Shown: positions 1 through 10,144 of the stretch, in pieces | Numbering within the stretch: position 1 is the stretch's first letter | How the letters are laid out: every line of letters starts with the position of its first letter | Assembly (NCBI GenBank): GCA_963806165.1 | Contig: CAWDWZ010000005.1 | Span: 12,394 to 76,393 of the forward strand | Direction: 5' to 3' | DNA length: 64,000 nt | DNA from: Thermoanaerobaculia bacterium | GTDB taxonomy: Bacteria > Acidobacteriota > Thermoanaerobaculia > Multivoradales > JAGPDF01 | Notes under the pieces: model-generated | What the model was told of the DNA's origin: nothing | What the model saw: only the letters and a program-made list of their open reading frames with translations | Database searches by the model: none | Translations under genes and position numbers: made by a program

Positions 1-108
1 CAGCCTCGAGAGCGAGCTGGGCGAGCTCACCCCACAAGCGGCCGCCCCCTCCCTGCATTGACTCGTCCTCCGGCCGGCGCTTCCCCCTCCCGAAAAGGAG
101 CCCTCGAA

Positions 109-1185
109 ATGACCTTCCTCTCTCGCGTACCTGGGCTGGCGATCGGCCTCGTTGCTCTCCAGGTTCTCCTCGTTCTCTTCGTTCTACTCATTGCCGGCTG
201 CGCCACCGACTCCGCACCCGCCCCGACGACGGCGGCAGCCGCCGCGCAGGTCCGGACCGCCACTCCGGAGGCGGCTCCGGCCGCCCCCGCAACCCCTCCG
301 CCGGTCGTCCTCGCCCGGGTAGGTGACCAACCGATCACCGTCGACGAGTTCCGCGCCGAGATGGCGCGGCGCGGAGGTCGGATCCAGGGGCAGTTCAGCA
401 CCGTCGAACAGCGCCGGGCGCTGCTCGACGAGATGATCCAGCAGCGCGCCGTGCTCGCGCAGGCGCGCAAGGAGGGTCTCGACCGGGATCCCGAATACCG
501 GGCCACGATCGAGCGCATGCTGACCACGCAATACCTGCGCACCCACCTCGACCCGGAGCTCGACAAGATCGAAGTGCCCGCGGACGAGGTGAAGGCCTTT
601 TATGACGCGCACCCCACCGAGTTCCTGACTCCGGAGCGCATCCGCGCCGCCTGGATCTTCCTCTCGGTCTCGGCCAAGGCCGAGCCCGCTCAGGTCGAGA
701 AGGCGCGCCAGCGCCTGCTCGCGGCCCGTGACGAAGCCGCGAAGCTCCCCGCCGAGACGCGCAACTTCGGCGAGGTCGCCAAGCGCTACTCCGAGGACGG
801 CGCGACGCGCTACGTCGGCGGCGAGCTCGGCTGGCTCTATGCCGACCAGGCCGAGTCGTACCGCTGGGGCGCCGACCTCGTCCGGGCGGCCTTCGCTCTC
901 CAGGCGCCCGGCTCCCTTTCCGAGCCCCTCCGGCACGAGAAGGGCTGGTATCTGCTCAAGCTGGTGGAGCGCGAAGCGGCGAAGCCGACCCCGATCGAGA
1001 AGCTCGCCGCGGGCATCCGCAGCCGCATCCTGAAGGAGCGCCGCGAAGCCGCACGGACGAGCTTCTTCGCGCAGCTCCTCGCCGGCACGACGGTCGCCGT
1101 CGACGAGGCCCGGCTGGCAGCGACCACGCCGCTCACTCCCGCCCAGCCGCCCGCGACGACGCCCCCGTCGCTGCCGCAGAACTGA
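109..1185 (+). CDS. Parvulin/PpiC-type peptidyl-prolyl isomerase lipoprotein (PrsA/EpsD-like), 358 aa
   Basis: AAGGAG RBS at 95-100 before ATG 109. Hydrophobic leader ending LIAG-C (lipobox). SurA-like 'VLARVGDQPITVDEF' and rotamase 'FGEVAKRYSEDGATRYVGGELGW' motifs. Confidence 0.88.
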   Translation: MTFLSRVPGLAIGLVALQVLLVLFVLLIAGCATDSAPAPTTAAAAAQVRTATPEAAPAAPATPPPVVLARVGDQPITVDEFRAEMARRGGRIQGQFSTVEQRRALLDEMIQQRAVLAQARKEGLDRDPEYRATIERMLTTQYLRTHLDPELDKIEVPADEVKAFYDAHPTEFLTPERIRAAWIFLSVSAKAEPAQVEKARQRLLAARDEAAKLPAETRNFGEVAKRYSEDGATRYVGGELGWLYADQAESYRWGADLVRAAFALQAPGSLSEPLRHEKGWYLLKLVEREAAKPTPIEKLAAGIRSRILKERREAARTSFFAQLLAGTTVAVDEARLAATTPLTPAQPPATTPPSLPQN

Positions 1186-1189
1186 TCCG

Positions 1190-2620
1190 TCAGGCGGAGG
1201 GCGGCGCTGCCGCGGAGCGCCGGCGCTCGGCGAGCTCGCCGAGCCGCCCGGCGAGCGCCGGCTCGCAGACTTCGAGGACGAAGCGCTCGCGCACCGTACG
1301 CGCCGCCGCGACACCCAGCCGGCTGCGTTCCTCGGGGCGAGCCAGGAGTCCCGCGATCGCCTCGGCGAGTGCTCCCGGCACGGCGGGCGCGACGAGCCGT
1401 CCGTCGCGGCCGTCCGTGATGACCTCGGGGATCGACCCCGAGCGCGTCGCCACCACCGCGAGCCCGGTCGCCATCGCTTCGAGGAGCGCCGTGGGTATGC
1501 CGTCCTTGTCGCCGTGCGCCGTCTCGACGTACGGCGCGACGAAGAGGTGCGCCGAGCGCAGAGCGGCACGAACCCCTCGGGCCGGCAGGAATCCACGCAG
1601 TGTCACGACTCCTCCCAGAGCGCAGCGGTCGATCTCCGCGCGCAGCGACGCGAGCTCCATCCCGCCCCGATCCGACGCGGGCTCGACTCCCCCCACCAGG
1701 TCGAGCTCGAACCGGATGCCTCGGCGCCGCAACTCCGCCGCCGCCGCGAGCAGATCGTGCAGTCCTTTCTTGGGGTCGATCCGCGCCACCGACAGCAGCC
1801 GGTACGGCGCGCCGGCCTCCGGCTCGGGCCGCTCGACCGGATCGAAGAAGCGGCCATCCACCGCGTTCGGCTTGACGAGGAGGTGCTCTGCGCACTCGGG
1901 AACGAGGGCGACGAGCTCCCGTCGCACGCGTTCCGAGGTCGCGACCACGAGATCCGCGCTCGCCAGCTGGAGGGGAACGATCTTGAAGCGATAGTCGTCG
2001 AGGAGGTGATCGGCGTAGCAGGTGACCGCGCGTGGCAAACCGAGCAACTGCTGGACGACGAAAGCGGCGAGGCTGCCCTCGTAGAAGAAATAGCTGTGGA
2101 CGATCTGCGCTCCCCAAACTTCCGCGATCCGCGCCAGCGAGAAGGCGCGCAGGAGGTGATCGTCGGCCAGGAGCTCCCTCTCCTTGCGTCCGCTCGCGCG
2201 CGCGAGGAGCGCGAGCAGACGGGCGACCTCTGCCGGCCGGGTGCTCCGGAAGTGGGCGAGATCGCGGCGCGTGATCGACGGCTCGGAGGGCAGGCGCACG
2301 GCGGCGCCGGCGAGCGCCGCGCATTGCGGCGGCAGCGCCTCCGGCTCTCCCCTTTCCGTATAGGCGATCCGGACATCGAAGCCCGACGCGAGGAGCGCCG
2401 AGAGCTCCTGGTAAACGAAGCTCTGAGAGTAAAGCGGGAAGCTCCAGGATCCGATGGCGAGGAGGCGCGGGCGCAGCAGATCGATGCGCTCGGCAGAAAG
2501 CCCGCCGAGGAGCTCCCGGTACTCGAGCGCACGGCGGGCGGTGATCCGTCGGCGCGCGAGCGCCCGCGTCAGGCGGAGCAGAGGCCCGCGTATCCCTGGA
2601 CGCTGCCGATCGGCTGGCAC
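1190..2620 (-). CDS. GT4 glycosyltransferase (WcaL-like), 476 aa
   Basis: 'LLSVARIDPKKG' and 'GDKDGIPTALLEAMATGLAVVAT...GSIPEVI' GT-B/GT4 signatures; N-terminal 'FPLYSQSFVYQEL'. Confidence 0.9.
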   Translation of the reverse strand: MPADRQRPGIRGPLLRLTRALARRRITARRALEYRELLGGLSAERIDLLRPRLLAIGSWSFPLYSQSFVYQELSALLASGFDVRIAYTERGEPEALPPQCAALAGAAVRLPSEPSITRRDLAHFRSTRPAEVARLLALLARASGRKERELLADDHLLRAFSLARIAEVWGAQIVHSYFFYEGSLAAFVVQQLLGLPRAVTCYADHLLDDYRFKIVPLQLASADLVVATSERVRRELVALVPECAEHLLVKPNAVDGRFFDPVERPEPEAGAPYRLLSVARIDPKKGLHDLLAAAAELRRRGIRFELDLVGGVEPASDRGGMELASLRAEIDRCALGGVVTLRGFLPARGVRAALRSAHLFVAPYVETAHGDKDGIPTALLEAMATGLAVVATRSGSIPEVITDGRDGRLVAPAVPGALAEAIAGLLARPEERSRLGVAAARTVRERFVLEVCEPALAGRLGELAERRRSAAAPPSA

Positions 2621-3880
2621 CTATACTGCCCTCTCCGCTGCGCGCCGATAGATCGCGAGGGAGCTCTCCGCCATGCGCTCGGCGGTGAAGTCCCGTTCCA
2701 CCCGCGCCCGCGCCGCGGCCCCGAGGTTTCGCGCGCCGTCGCGGTCGTCGAGCAGCCGCTCGACCGCCGCGAGATGCGCCGCAAGGTCCTGGTCCGCCGC
2801 GAACAGCGCCTCGCGTCCGTCGACGACCATCTCGGAGAGACCGCCGACCCGCGAGACCACGAGCGGCCGGCCGGCGGCCATCGCCTCGAGCACGGTGTAC
2901 GGGGCGTTCTCCCATCGGCTGGGCAGGAGAATGACGTCGGCCTGGCGCATCGCCGACCGCACCTCGGCGAGCGGCCGACGGCCGAGGAGATGGAGAGAGC
3001 CGCGGAGCGGCCGTGCCCGGCAACGCGGCGCGAGCTCCCGCTCGGCGAGCCCGAAGAGGTCGTCCCCGAGGACGACGAAAGCGACCGCGCGGCGGGCGAG
3101 GAGCTCGGGCACCAGATCGCAAAGCAGCGCCGAGCCTTTGCGGGGCTCGAATCTGCCGGCGAAGAGCACGATCGCTTGGTCCGCAGCGATCGCCTCGGTC
3201 GTCTCGGTCGCCTCGGTCGTCGGGCTACCGAGGCGCGCGCGCAGATCGAACGGCGGCGCCTCGTCGGCTCGCGCGAGGTCGATGCCGTTGGGCACGGTGA
3301 CGATCGGAAGCGCGACCTGAAGACGCGTGCGCACTTCGCGCGCGAGAAAGTCCGAGCACGCCGTCGCGGCTCGAGCGCGCCGGATGCCGCGGCGCTCGAG
3401 CCGGGCACAGAGGCGGCGATCGCCGCGGCGCGTGTCGTAGTACGGCATGATGAGCGCGGCGGGAGAGTGAAAGCGCACCACCACGGGGAGCTCGGGACGA
3501 GGCTCGAGAAAGAGGCCTTCGCCGCCGCAGTCCGGGATCTCGACGATGTCGAGGCCCTGCCGGCTCGTCACCTCGCGCAGGAGACGGCGCATGCGGAGAC
3601 CGTTCTCGAAGCGGTTGCGGCTCCACCACCAGCCGAGCCGCCCGAGAGCGCCCGCGAGCCGGCGGGCGAGCCTCGAGCCCGGAGAACGCCAGACCGTGAC
3701 GTCGCCGTCGACTTCGCTCCGGATCGGACCCCGGATCGGACCCGAAACCGTCGCGCCCGCGAGCACGTGCACCTCGTGTCCGGCGCGCGCCAGCGCGTGC
3801 GCCTGGGTCCAGGTGTAGGTGCCGATCCCGCCGAATCCGGTCTCGGGCGGGTACTCGTAAGAGAGCAGGCCGATACGCAC
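2621..3880 (-). CDS. GT4 glycosyltransferase, 419 aa
   Basis: 'MRIGLLSYEYPPETGFGGIGTY', 'FAGRFEPRKG', 'PSRWENAPYTVLEAMAAG'. Confidence 0.92.
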   Translation of the reverse strand: MRIGLLSYEYPPETGFGGIGTYTWTQAHALARAGHEVHVLAGATVSGPIRGPIRSEVDGDVTVWRSPGSRLARRLAGALGRLGWWWSRNRFENGLRMRRLLREVTSRQGLDIVEIPDCGGEGLFLEPRPELPVVVRFHSPAALIMPYYDTRRGDRRLCARLERRGIRRARAATACSDFLAREVRTRLQVALPIVTVPNGIDLARADEAPPFDLRARLGSPTTEATETTEAIAADQAIVLFAGRFEPRKGSALLCDLVPELLARRAVAFVVLGDDLFGLAERELAPRCRARPLRGSLHLLGRRPLAEVRSAMRQADVILLPSRWENAPYTVLEAMAAGRPLVVSRVGGLSEMVVDGREALFAADQDLAAHLAAVERLLDDRDGARNLGAAARARVERDFTAERMAESSLAIYRRAAERAV

Positions 3881-3888
3881 GCGCCCGC

Positions 3889-4716
3889 CTAGGGGACCTT
3901 CGCAGCCAGCCCGGTCAAGCGCACGAGGGGCGGCAGATCCTGCGGGGCAGTGAGCGCCATGGCGCGCTGCAGAGCGGCGATCGCCTCCTTCCCCCGCCCT
4001 TCGACGATCTCGAAGAGCGCCAGATCGCGGAGCGCCGAGGGATCTTCGGGACGCGCCCGCACCAGGCCTTCGAGGAGCCGCCGGGCGTAAGCCGCATCGA
4101 TCTCGCGTGCCGCCTGGAATGCGGCGCGGGCGCCCTCCTCCTGCCCGGCGCTCAAGCGCAGGCGTCCCAGGAGGAGCCGTGATTCGAGCGACCGCGGTGC
4201 GAGCCGCACGCTGGCCTCGAGCTCGCGGCCCGCCTCGTCGAGCTCGCCAAGAGCGAGGAGCGCCGCTCCCAGGCCGCGGTGCACCGTCGAGCTCTGTGGA
4301 TCGCGCTGCAGAACCTCCCGGTAAGCGGCGACCGCCGACGCGAACAGCGCGGCACGCTCCGCCGGCGCCGAGGTCGCGTCCGCGCGGCGGGCCGCGAGGT
4401 GCGCCTCCTCGAGCGCCAACTGCGCGAGGCCGGGATGCCGGCGGCGAGCGTCAGCGAGAGCAGCGGCGGCCCGGGCGAATGCGGCTGCGCGCTCTCCGGC
4501 ATCGCCGGCACTCTCGGCGAGCCGCTGTTCGGCACGCGCCAGGGCGACCGACGGATCCTCGAAGTTGGGGGAAAGGCGGCGGGCGCGCTCGAGGAGCTCG
4601 ACGGCGAGATCGGCCCGCCCCGCTTCCAGGGCTGTTCTCCCTTGCTTGAGCGCGATGCCGCTCGCGAGCTCGGGCAGCAACACGAAGACGATGACCAGTC
4701 CGGCCGCGGAGCTCAC
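3889..4716 (-). CDS. TPR-repeat protein or domain; possibly the C-terminal part of the upstream O-antigen-ligase-like protein
   Basis: 3' part of ORF 3889..6546. Hydrophobic 'GLVIVFVLLPELAS' followed by TPR-like helices ('AVELLERARRLSP','VHRGLGAALLALGELDEAGRELEASVRLAP'). GTG at 4716 overlaps the upstream TGA. Confidence 0.72.
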   Translation of the reverse strand: MSSAAGLVIVFVLLPELASGIALKQGRTALEAGRADLAVELLERARRLSPNFEDPSVALARAEQRLAESAGDAGERAAAFARAAAALADARRRHPGLAQLALEEAHLAARRADATSAPAERAALFASAVAAYREVLQRDPQSSTVHRGLGAALLALGELDEAGRELEASVRLAPRSLESRLLLGRLRLSAGQEEGARAAFQAAREIDAAYARRLLEGLVRARPEDPSALRDLALFEIVEGRGKEAIAALQRAMALTAPQDLPPLVRLTGLAAKVP

Positions 4717-6572
4717 CAGTCCGCGAGCGCGACCGTTGCCGCGGGCGCACTCTCCCTTACCGAGCCTTTCGCGCCAGGACCGGCATCTCGTCCTGGCGAC
4801 GAGCGCAGGCTGGCGGTGACCGCGATCGCCGCCGCCAGCCCGACGAGCGCCAACGCCAGGTTCCACTCCTGTGCCACCGTCGCCGAGAGGAGAAGAGCCT
4901 GGAGGACGGCGGCGCCGCCAAACCATGCGAGCGTTCCCCGCACCTCTCGCCAACGCGCACGCTGTGCGAGCGCCGGGCGGCTCGCCAGGGCGAGGCCGAT
5001 TCCGCCCGCCGCGACCACCAGGAGCAGGAAGACGCGACCCGCCGTCGCATCGCCCGCGCGCTGCGCCGGCACCCACGCGCCGAAGGCCACCAGCGCGAGC
5101 AGGGCGCCGGCGAAGATCCCGACCGCCAGGCTCTCGCGGCGCGCGGCAGATTCCAGCGCTTCGGCCGCGCGCCTGCCGCTCGGAGCCGTCCGGCGCAAAC
5201 CGCTTTCCGGCAGCAGTTGCGACCCGGCGAGCAGCGCGAGCGTCAGCCAGAAAAGCGCCGCTGTCGCCGCCGTCGCGACTCCGAACTGCGCCGCGACGGC
5301 ATGCCCGCTCAAGGCGGCAGCCAGCCCCACTCCCCGCCAGCGCTCGTCGACCGTGGACAGTCCCGACGTCGCCACCGGACCGCGCGCCCGGCGCACGCCG
5401 GCGAGCCGGAGCGCGGCGCGGCCGGCAGCCCAAGCGAGCCCGAGAACGCAGACCAGACGCAATCCACCGCCGGCGGCCAGTGCGTCGAGCAGGGCGTTGT
5501 GCGCCCGGTCGTGATAGAGGTCGGGACGCCAGATGCGCTCCGGCAGCTCGGGCGGCAGAAAGGGTGGCAGCACGATCGGCAGGGACTCCTGGCCGAAACC
5601 GACGAGCAGCCGCGAGGCCGGGCTGGCCGCGAAGAGCCGGACGACCGACTTCCACAGCAGCAGACGCTGGCTCGCCGTGCCCGTGAAGAGGTCGGCGCGC
5701 TCGAGCGCCACCCAGGACCCGGCGACGAGGCTCGCCCCCAAGACGCCCGCGAGCGCCCAGCCGGCGCGCTGGGCGCGCGCCCGTGGGCTCGAGAGCCCGG
5801 CCACGGCGGCGAAGACGACTCCCGCCACGGCGAGGCCGAGGAGCGGTGCGCGCTCTCCCGTGCGCAGGACGATCGCGCCGGCGGCGAGGGCGAGTGCGGC
5901 TGCCGCCGCCGCAGCTCGCCGCTCGCCCGCCCGAAAGCGGGCGACCGTCCGTCCCACCGCGATCGGCACCAGCCAGACGAGCGCCTGGGCGAGGAAGAGC
6001 GGATTGCCCTGGGCGGCGACCGGTCTCCCCTGCCAGTCGACCTGCCAGCGCAGTGGATCGAGGCCGGCCCACTGCACGAGAGCGTAGGCGACGAGAGCGC
6101 CGGCGGTCGCGAGCAGCGCGGTCTCGAGACGCTCCCGGCTCTCGACGGTCGAGCAGCGCGGCGCCAGCACGAGGAACAGGACGAGCAACGCGAGCTCGCT
6201 CGCGAGCCCGAAGAGTCGCGGCGGCGCGCCGAGGAGACTGCGCATCCGGTCGACCGATGCCAGCATGGCGACGACGCCTGCTACGCCCACGGCGAGCGCC
6301 CAGCGCACGAGCGACGACGCCAGCGGACCGTGGAGAGTCGGGGAGACGGTCGCGCCCGCATCGAGCCCGGATCCACCTCCCCGACGGAGCGCGAAACCGA
6401 TCGCGCTCGAGGCGAGGGCGGAGAGCGCCAGGATCTGCAGCAGCAGGAAGCGGTCGGGCTCGCCTCCCAATTCGCCGTAGGGGTTCTGGAAAAGGAGCGC
6501 CACCGCGGCGACCGCCCATCCCACGCTCCCGATGCCGCTCGTCCACCGCGAGCGGCCGGACAACGCGCTCAC
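4713..6572 (-). CDS. O-antigen ligase / O-oligosaccharyltransferase-like (Wzy_C) membrane protein, ~619 aa
   Basis: Many TM segments. Motifs 'QGNPLFLA','TGERAPLLGL','QRLLLW','GFGQESL','DRAHNALLDALAAGG'. GTG 6572 overlaps the GT2 stop (GTGA). Confidence 0.85.
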   Translation of the reverse strand: MSALSGRSRWTSGIGSVGWAVAAVALLFQNPYGELGGEPDRFLLLQILALSALASSAIGFALRRGGGSGLDAGATVSPTLHGPLASSLVRWALAVGVAGVVAMLASVDRMRSLLGAPPRLFGLASELALLVLFLVLAPRCSTVESRERLETALLATAGALVAYALVQWAGLDPLRWQVDWQGRPVAAQGNPLFLAQALVWLVPIAVGRTVARFRAGERRAAAAAAALALAAGAIVLRTGERAPLLGLAVAGVVFAAVAGLSSPRARAQRAGWALAGVLGASLVAGSWVALERADLFTGTASQRLLLWKSVVRLFAASPASRLLVGFGQESLPIVLPPFLPPELPERIWRPDLYHDRAHNALLDALAAGGGLRLVCVLGLAWAAGRAALRLAGVRRARGPVATSGLSTVDERWRGVGLAAALSGHAVAAQFGVATAATAALFWLTLALLAGSQLLPESGLRRTAPSGRRAAEALESAARRESLAVGIFAGALLALVAFGAWVPAQRAGDATAGRVFLLLVVAAGGIGLALASRPALAQRARWREVRGTLAWFGGAAVLQALLLSATVAQEWNLALALVGLAAAIAVTASLRSSPGRDAGPGAKGSVRESAPAATVALADW

Positions 6573-7633
6573 CGCGGCACCGGCTTTGCGGGAGCGCGCG
6601 GTGGGAAGAGCGCGCCGACCCAGAAGCCCCCGCCCCAGGCGAGATGCATCGTCGCGAAGACGGCAGGGAGAGGCAGAGAGACGCGGAGACCCTGGCGCAG
6701 GGCCACGGCCACCGAGACGCCGAGGCAGGCTGCGAGATAGAGCCCCGCGACCGCCGGGAAGAGCCCGCGCCCGAGCGCCGAGAGCTCTGGCGGCGCGAGA
6801 CCGACGAGGCTCGAGAAGCTCGCCAGGGCCGAGAGGACGAGCGCGGCGACGAGCGCCGGCGCCGCGAGCTGCCGCGCGCGCAGCGACCGCGGATGGCGGC
6901 GCAGCATCTGCGCCTTCCAGTAACCGTAGCTCGCGAACTGCCGCCAGAGCGACTCGAGATCCGGACGCACGAGATAGGTCGACCGGATCGCCGGATCGAC
7001 CAGAATGCGCCCGCCGGCGCGCCGGATGCGGTAGTTCATCTCGTAGTCCTGGTTGCGCACCATCGCTTCGCTGAATTCGCCGACGCGCTCGAACAGCCCG
7101 CGCGGAAACGCGCCGAGATAGACCGTGTCGACCTCCTCGACCGCGCGCGCGTAGCGAAATCGCGCCGGTCCGACGCCGAAGCGGCAGTGCATCGCCAGAG
7201 CGATCGCGGCTCCGAGCGGCGTCGCCCCCTCGGGGGACATCGGGCCGCCGACGTTCGAAGCCCCCGAGGCGCGCAGCCGCTCGACGCACCGTCGCACGTA
7301 GTCGGGCTCCACGATCGTATGCGCGTCGACGCGCAGGAGGATCTCACCGTGGGCGGCGCGCAATCCCAGGTTCAGGGCTGTCGAGACCAGGCCGCCTGGA
7401 TTCTCGAGCCGGCGAAACCGTGGATCGCGACCGACGACGGCGTCGACGATCGCGCACGAGCCGTCGCGCGAGCCGCCGTCGACGACGAAGACCTCGAGCT
7501 TCCCCGGTGGATAGTCCTGCGCCTGCACGGCGCGCAAACAGACGGCGAGCGATCGCGCCTCGTCGCGCACCGGAATGACCACCGTCGCGAGCGGCAGCTC
7601 GGGAGCGCCGCCGTTCGGCGGGGCGTTCCTCAC
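6569..7633 (-). CDS. GT2 glycosyltransferase (ExoA-like), 354 aa
   Basis: 'TVVIPVRDE','VVDGGSRDGS','LRVDAH','RNQDYEMNYRIRRAGG','LWRQFASYGYWK'; C-terminal TM helices. Confidence 0.92.
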   Translation of the reverse strand: MRNAPPNGGAPELPLATVVIPVRDEARSLAVCLRAVQAQDYPPGKLEVFVVDGGSRDGSCAIVDAVVGRDPRFRRLENPGGLVSTALNLGLRAAHGEILLRVDAHTIVEPDYVRRCVERLRASGASNVGGPMSPEGATPLGAAIALAMHCRFGVGPARFRYARAVEEVDTVYLGAFPRGLFERVGEFSEAMVRNQDYEMNYRIRRAGGRILVDPAIRSTYLVRPDLESLWRQFASYGYWKAQMLRRHPRSLRARQLAAPALVAALVLSALASFSSLVGLAPPELSALGRGLFPAVAGLYLAACLGVSVAVALRQGLRVSLPLPAVFATMHLAWGGGFWVGALFPPRAPAKPVPR

Positions 7634-8913
7634 GCCGTCCTCGCCCGGGCGGGGTCGCGGAGCTCACGCCAGACCTCGAGATAGAGATCGAGCGTCGAGG
7701 CCGCCGCCTTGGACCAGGTGAACTTCGCCCGCGCCGCGCTTCCAGCCCGCCGGCCGAGCTCCGCGGCGGCCTCCCGCTCCCCGAGCAGACGGCTCATCGC
7801 GCGCGCGAGCGCCGGAACGTCGCCGGCCGGGACCAGCATCTCCCGGGCGGCCTCCGCGTCGCCGAGGAGCATCTCGGGCAGGCCTCCCGCGGCGCTCGCC
7901 ACCACCGGACGATCGTGGGCGAGCGCCGCCCCCAACACCGCGCTTTGCGACGCATCGCGGTAAGGCAGCACGACCAGGTCGGCCGCAGCCAGGTAGTCTT
8001 CCATCACCGTCTGCGGAAGGTAGCGCAAATCGGTCTGCACGCGCTCTCCGATACCGAGTCGCTCGATCTGACGGGAGTACGGCCGGAAGGAATGCCGCGG
8101 CAGGCCGGCGACGACGAGCCGGGCCGCCGGCAGTCCACGCAGCACCTCCGCGAACGCCTCGAACAGCAGGTCGAGCCCCTTGTAGCGCCGAATGAGGCCG
8201 AGAAAGAGCGCGATCGGCTCCCCGGCGGCGATGCCGAGGCGCGCGCGCGCCGCCGCGCGATCGGGCGCCGGACCGCCGGCAGCGCCAGAGACCGCGGAGA
8301 CTCTGGACACCCCGCCGAGCGCGGACAGCCCGCAGATCGCCGAGATTCCGGGTGGAATGACCCGCACCCGCCCACCCCGCGCGCGCTCGTCGGCACACAG
8401 GCAGCGGCCGGCGAACTCGGAGAGCGCCACGAGCGCATCCGCCTCGGCGTGAAGTCGACGCCGCGCCGCGAGGAGCGCTCCTTCGCCGCCGCGCGGCCGG
8501 GGATTGTGCACCGTCTGCACTACCGCCACACCGGCCGCACGCAGGCGGCGAAGCGCTCGGCGCTCCACCGCCGGGAGGAGCGACCACTGTAGGTGCACGA
8601 TGTCCGGGGGCCGCCGCACGAGCTCCGCGGCGAGCTTCCGCCAGGCCACCGGATAGAGCAGCGCGCGGCGCAGCCGGCGGCCCCCGCGCAGCAGGAGGCC
8701 GGCGCGGCCGCGCGCCCTCTCGGCTCCGCCGGCGCCCCCGGCGCCCCCGGCGAACACCTCCCGCCGCTCGTACCCGACCACCTCAGGCCAGGAGTGATAG
8801 ACGAATGGCGCGGTCACGAGCTCGACATCGGCGCCCGCGTCGGCGAGAGCGCGGCAGAGGGCGTCGTCATGAAAGGGCGTGTAGGCGCCGGGATCGATCA
8901 TCACGACGCGCAA
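7630..8913 (-). CDS. GT4 glycosyltransferase, ~427 aa
   Basis: TTG start after a GAGGAG RBS. 'LFLGLIRRYKGLD','ADLVVLPYRDASQSAVL','GGLPE'. Confidence 0.88.
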   Translation of the reverse strand: MRVVMIDPGAYTPFHDDALCRALADAGADVELVTAPFVYHSWPEVVGYERREVFAGGAGGAGGAERARGRAGLLLRGGRRLRRALLYPVAWRKLAAELVRRPPDIVHLQWSLLPAVERRALRRLRAAGVAVVQTVHNPRPRGGEGALLAARRRLHAEADALVALSEFAGRCLCADERARGGRVRVIPPGISAICGLSALGGVSRVSAVSGAAGGPAPDRAAARARLGIAAGEPIALFLGLIRRYKGLDLLFEAFAEVLRGLPAARLVVAGLPRHSFRPYSRQIERLGIGERVQTDLRYLPQTVMEDYLAAADLVVLPYRDASQSAVLGAALAHDRPVVASAAGGLPEMLLGDAEAAREMLVPAGDVPALARAMSRLLGEREAAAELGRRAGSAARAKFTWSKAAASTLDLYLEVWRELRDPARARTA

Positions 8914-8923
8914 GCGGAGCTCC

Positions 8924-10144
8924 TCAAGCCGGTTTCCCGGGCGACTCGCCGGCCGGTCCGCCGACTGCGTTCCCGCCCAGAACGTCGGCGTAGAAAGCGG
9001 CGGTTTCGTCCGCCATGCGCGCCGCCGAAAGGCGCCCCGCCACCGCCTCGCGGGCGCGCTCGGCGCGGCGCCGCGCTTCCTCCGGAACTTCCAGGAGCTG
9101 CGCGATCCCGGCGCCGAGCGCCGCGCGATCTCCGGCCGGAACGAGCGCGCCGCAGGTTCCGCCGCCGAGCATCTCGGCGACGCCCCCGACCTCCGCGGCA
9201 ACCACGGGCACCCCCAGCGCCATCGCCTCGAGCAGCGCGTAGGGCGAGCCTTCCCCGCGCGAGGGCAAGACGAATCCGTTCGCGGCCGCGAGCAGCGCGG
9301 CGAGGTCGCGGCGCTCGCCGAGGAAACGGACCCGCTCGCCGAGGCGCAGCCGCTCCGCCCGACGTTCCAACGCGGCGCGCTCGGGACCCTCCCCGGCGAC
9401 CAGCAGGACGAGATCCGCGAGGCGCCCCGGCAGCGCGGCGAGCGCCTCGAGCAGCAGGTCGATCCCCTTCTGGCGCGTGAGCCTGCCGGCGGCCACCAGG
9501 ACGAAGCCGGCGCGGTGACCGGTGATCCCGGCGAGCTCGGTGCGCGCGGCCGCGAGCTCCGCTTCAGCACGCCGGCGGAGCGACTGCGCATCGATGCCGT
9601 TGGCGATCACCCGCCAGAGAGCGCCACTCTGGATGGCGGGGATGCGGGAGCCCGGCGCGAGCTCCGCCGCGAGGAACGTCGCCACGGCGGTGCCGCCATC
9701 GAAACGGCGCAGCAGCCGGAGGTCGACCCGACGATAGAGGCGCAGAGCCGGCGTCGTGCGGGTGTAGAGATGGAGCGTCGCGACCCGGCGGATCCCACGC
9801 CCGACCTCGCGGGCCGCGAGAGCCCGGGAGATCACCCAGTTCGACTTCGGATCGTGGCCGTGAAGCGCCGCCAGGTCTCCATGCCGAAGCCGCTCGACCA
9901 GGGCGCGTCGCGACGCCAGCCCGAGACGGTCGGGATCGCGGATCTGAAAGGCGGGGATTCCCGCTTCGGCGAGCGGACCGAGCAGCGGATGTTGCGCGGC
10001 ATCTCCGGGCCGCCGCCGGTAGAGCAGCGCCACTTCCGAATCGATGCCGCGTGCGACGAGACCGGGCAGGAGCTCGAGCAGGTGGCGCTCGGGGCCTGCC
10101 AGGCTGCGGCTGCTCCGGACGTGCAGGATCCTCCGGCTCAGCAC
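8924..10144 (-). CDS. GT4 glycosyltransferase, ~406 aa (start may be 10180)
   Basis: 'ILHVRSS..LAGPERHL','AAGRLTRQKG','FVLPSRGEGSPYALLEAMALG'. Confidence 0.88.
   Translation of the reverse strand: MLSRRILHVRSSRSLAGPERHLLELLPGLVARGIDSEVALLYRRRPGDAAQHPLLGPLAEAGIPAFQIRDPDRLGLASRRALVERLRHGDLAALHGHDPKSNWVISRALAAREVGRGIRRVATLHLYTRTTPALRLYRRVDLRLLRRFDGGTAVATFLAAELAPGSRIPAIQSGALWRVIANGIDAQSLRRRAEAELAAARTELAGITGHRAGFVLVAAGRLTRQKGIDLLLEALAALPGRLADLVLLVAGEGPERAALERRAERLRLGERVRFLGERRDLAALLAAANGFVLPSRGEGSPYALLEAMALGVPVVAAEVGGVAEMLGGGTCGALVPAGDRAALGAGIAQLLEVPEEARRRAERAREAVAGRLSAARMADETAAFYADVLGGNAVGGPAGESPGKPA

Noticed and set aside
2-61. 3' end of an upstream plus-strand CDS (SLESELGELTPQAAAPSLH*)
   Set aside because: Plausible but too short to support a call.
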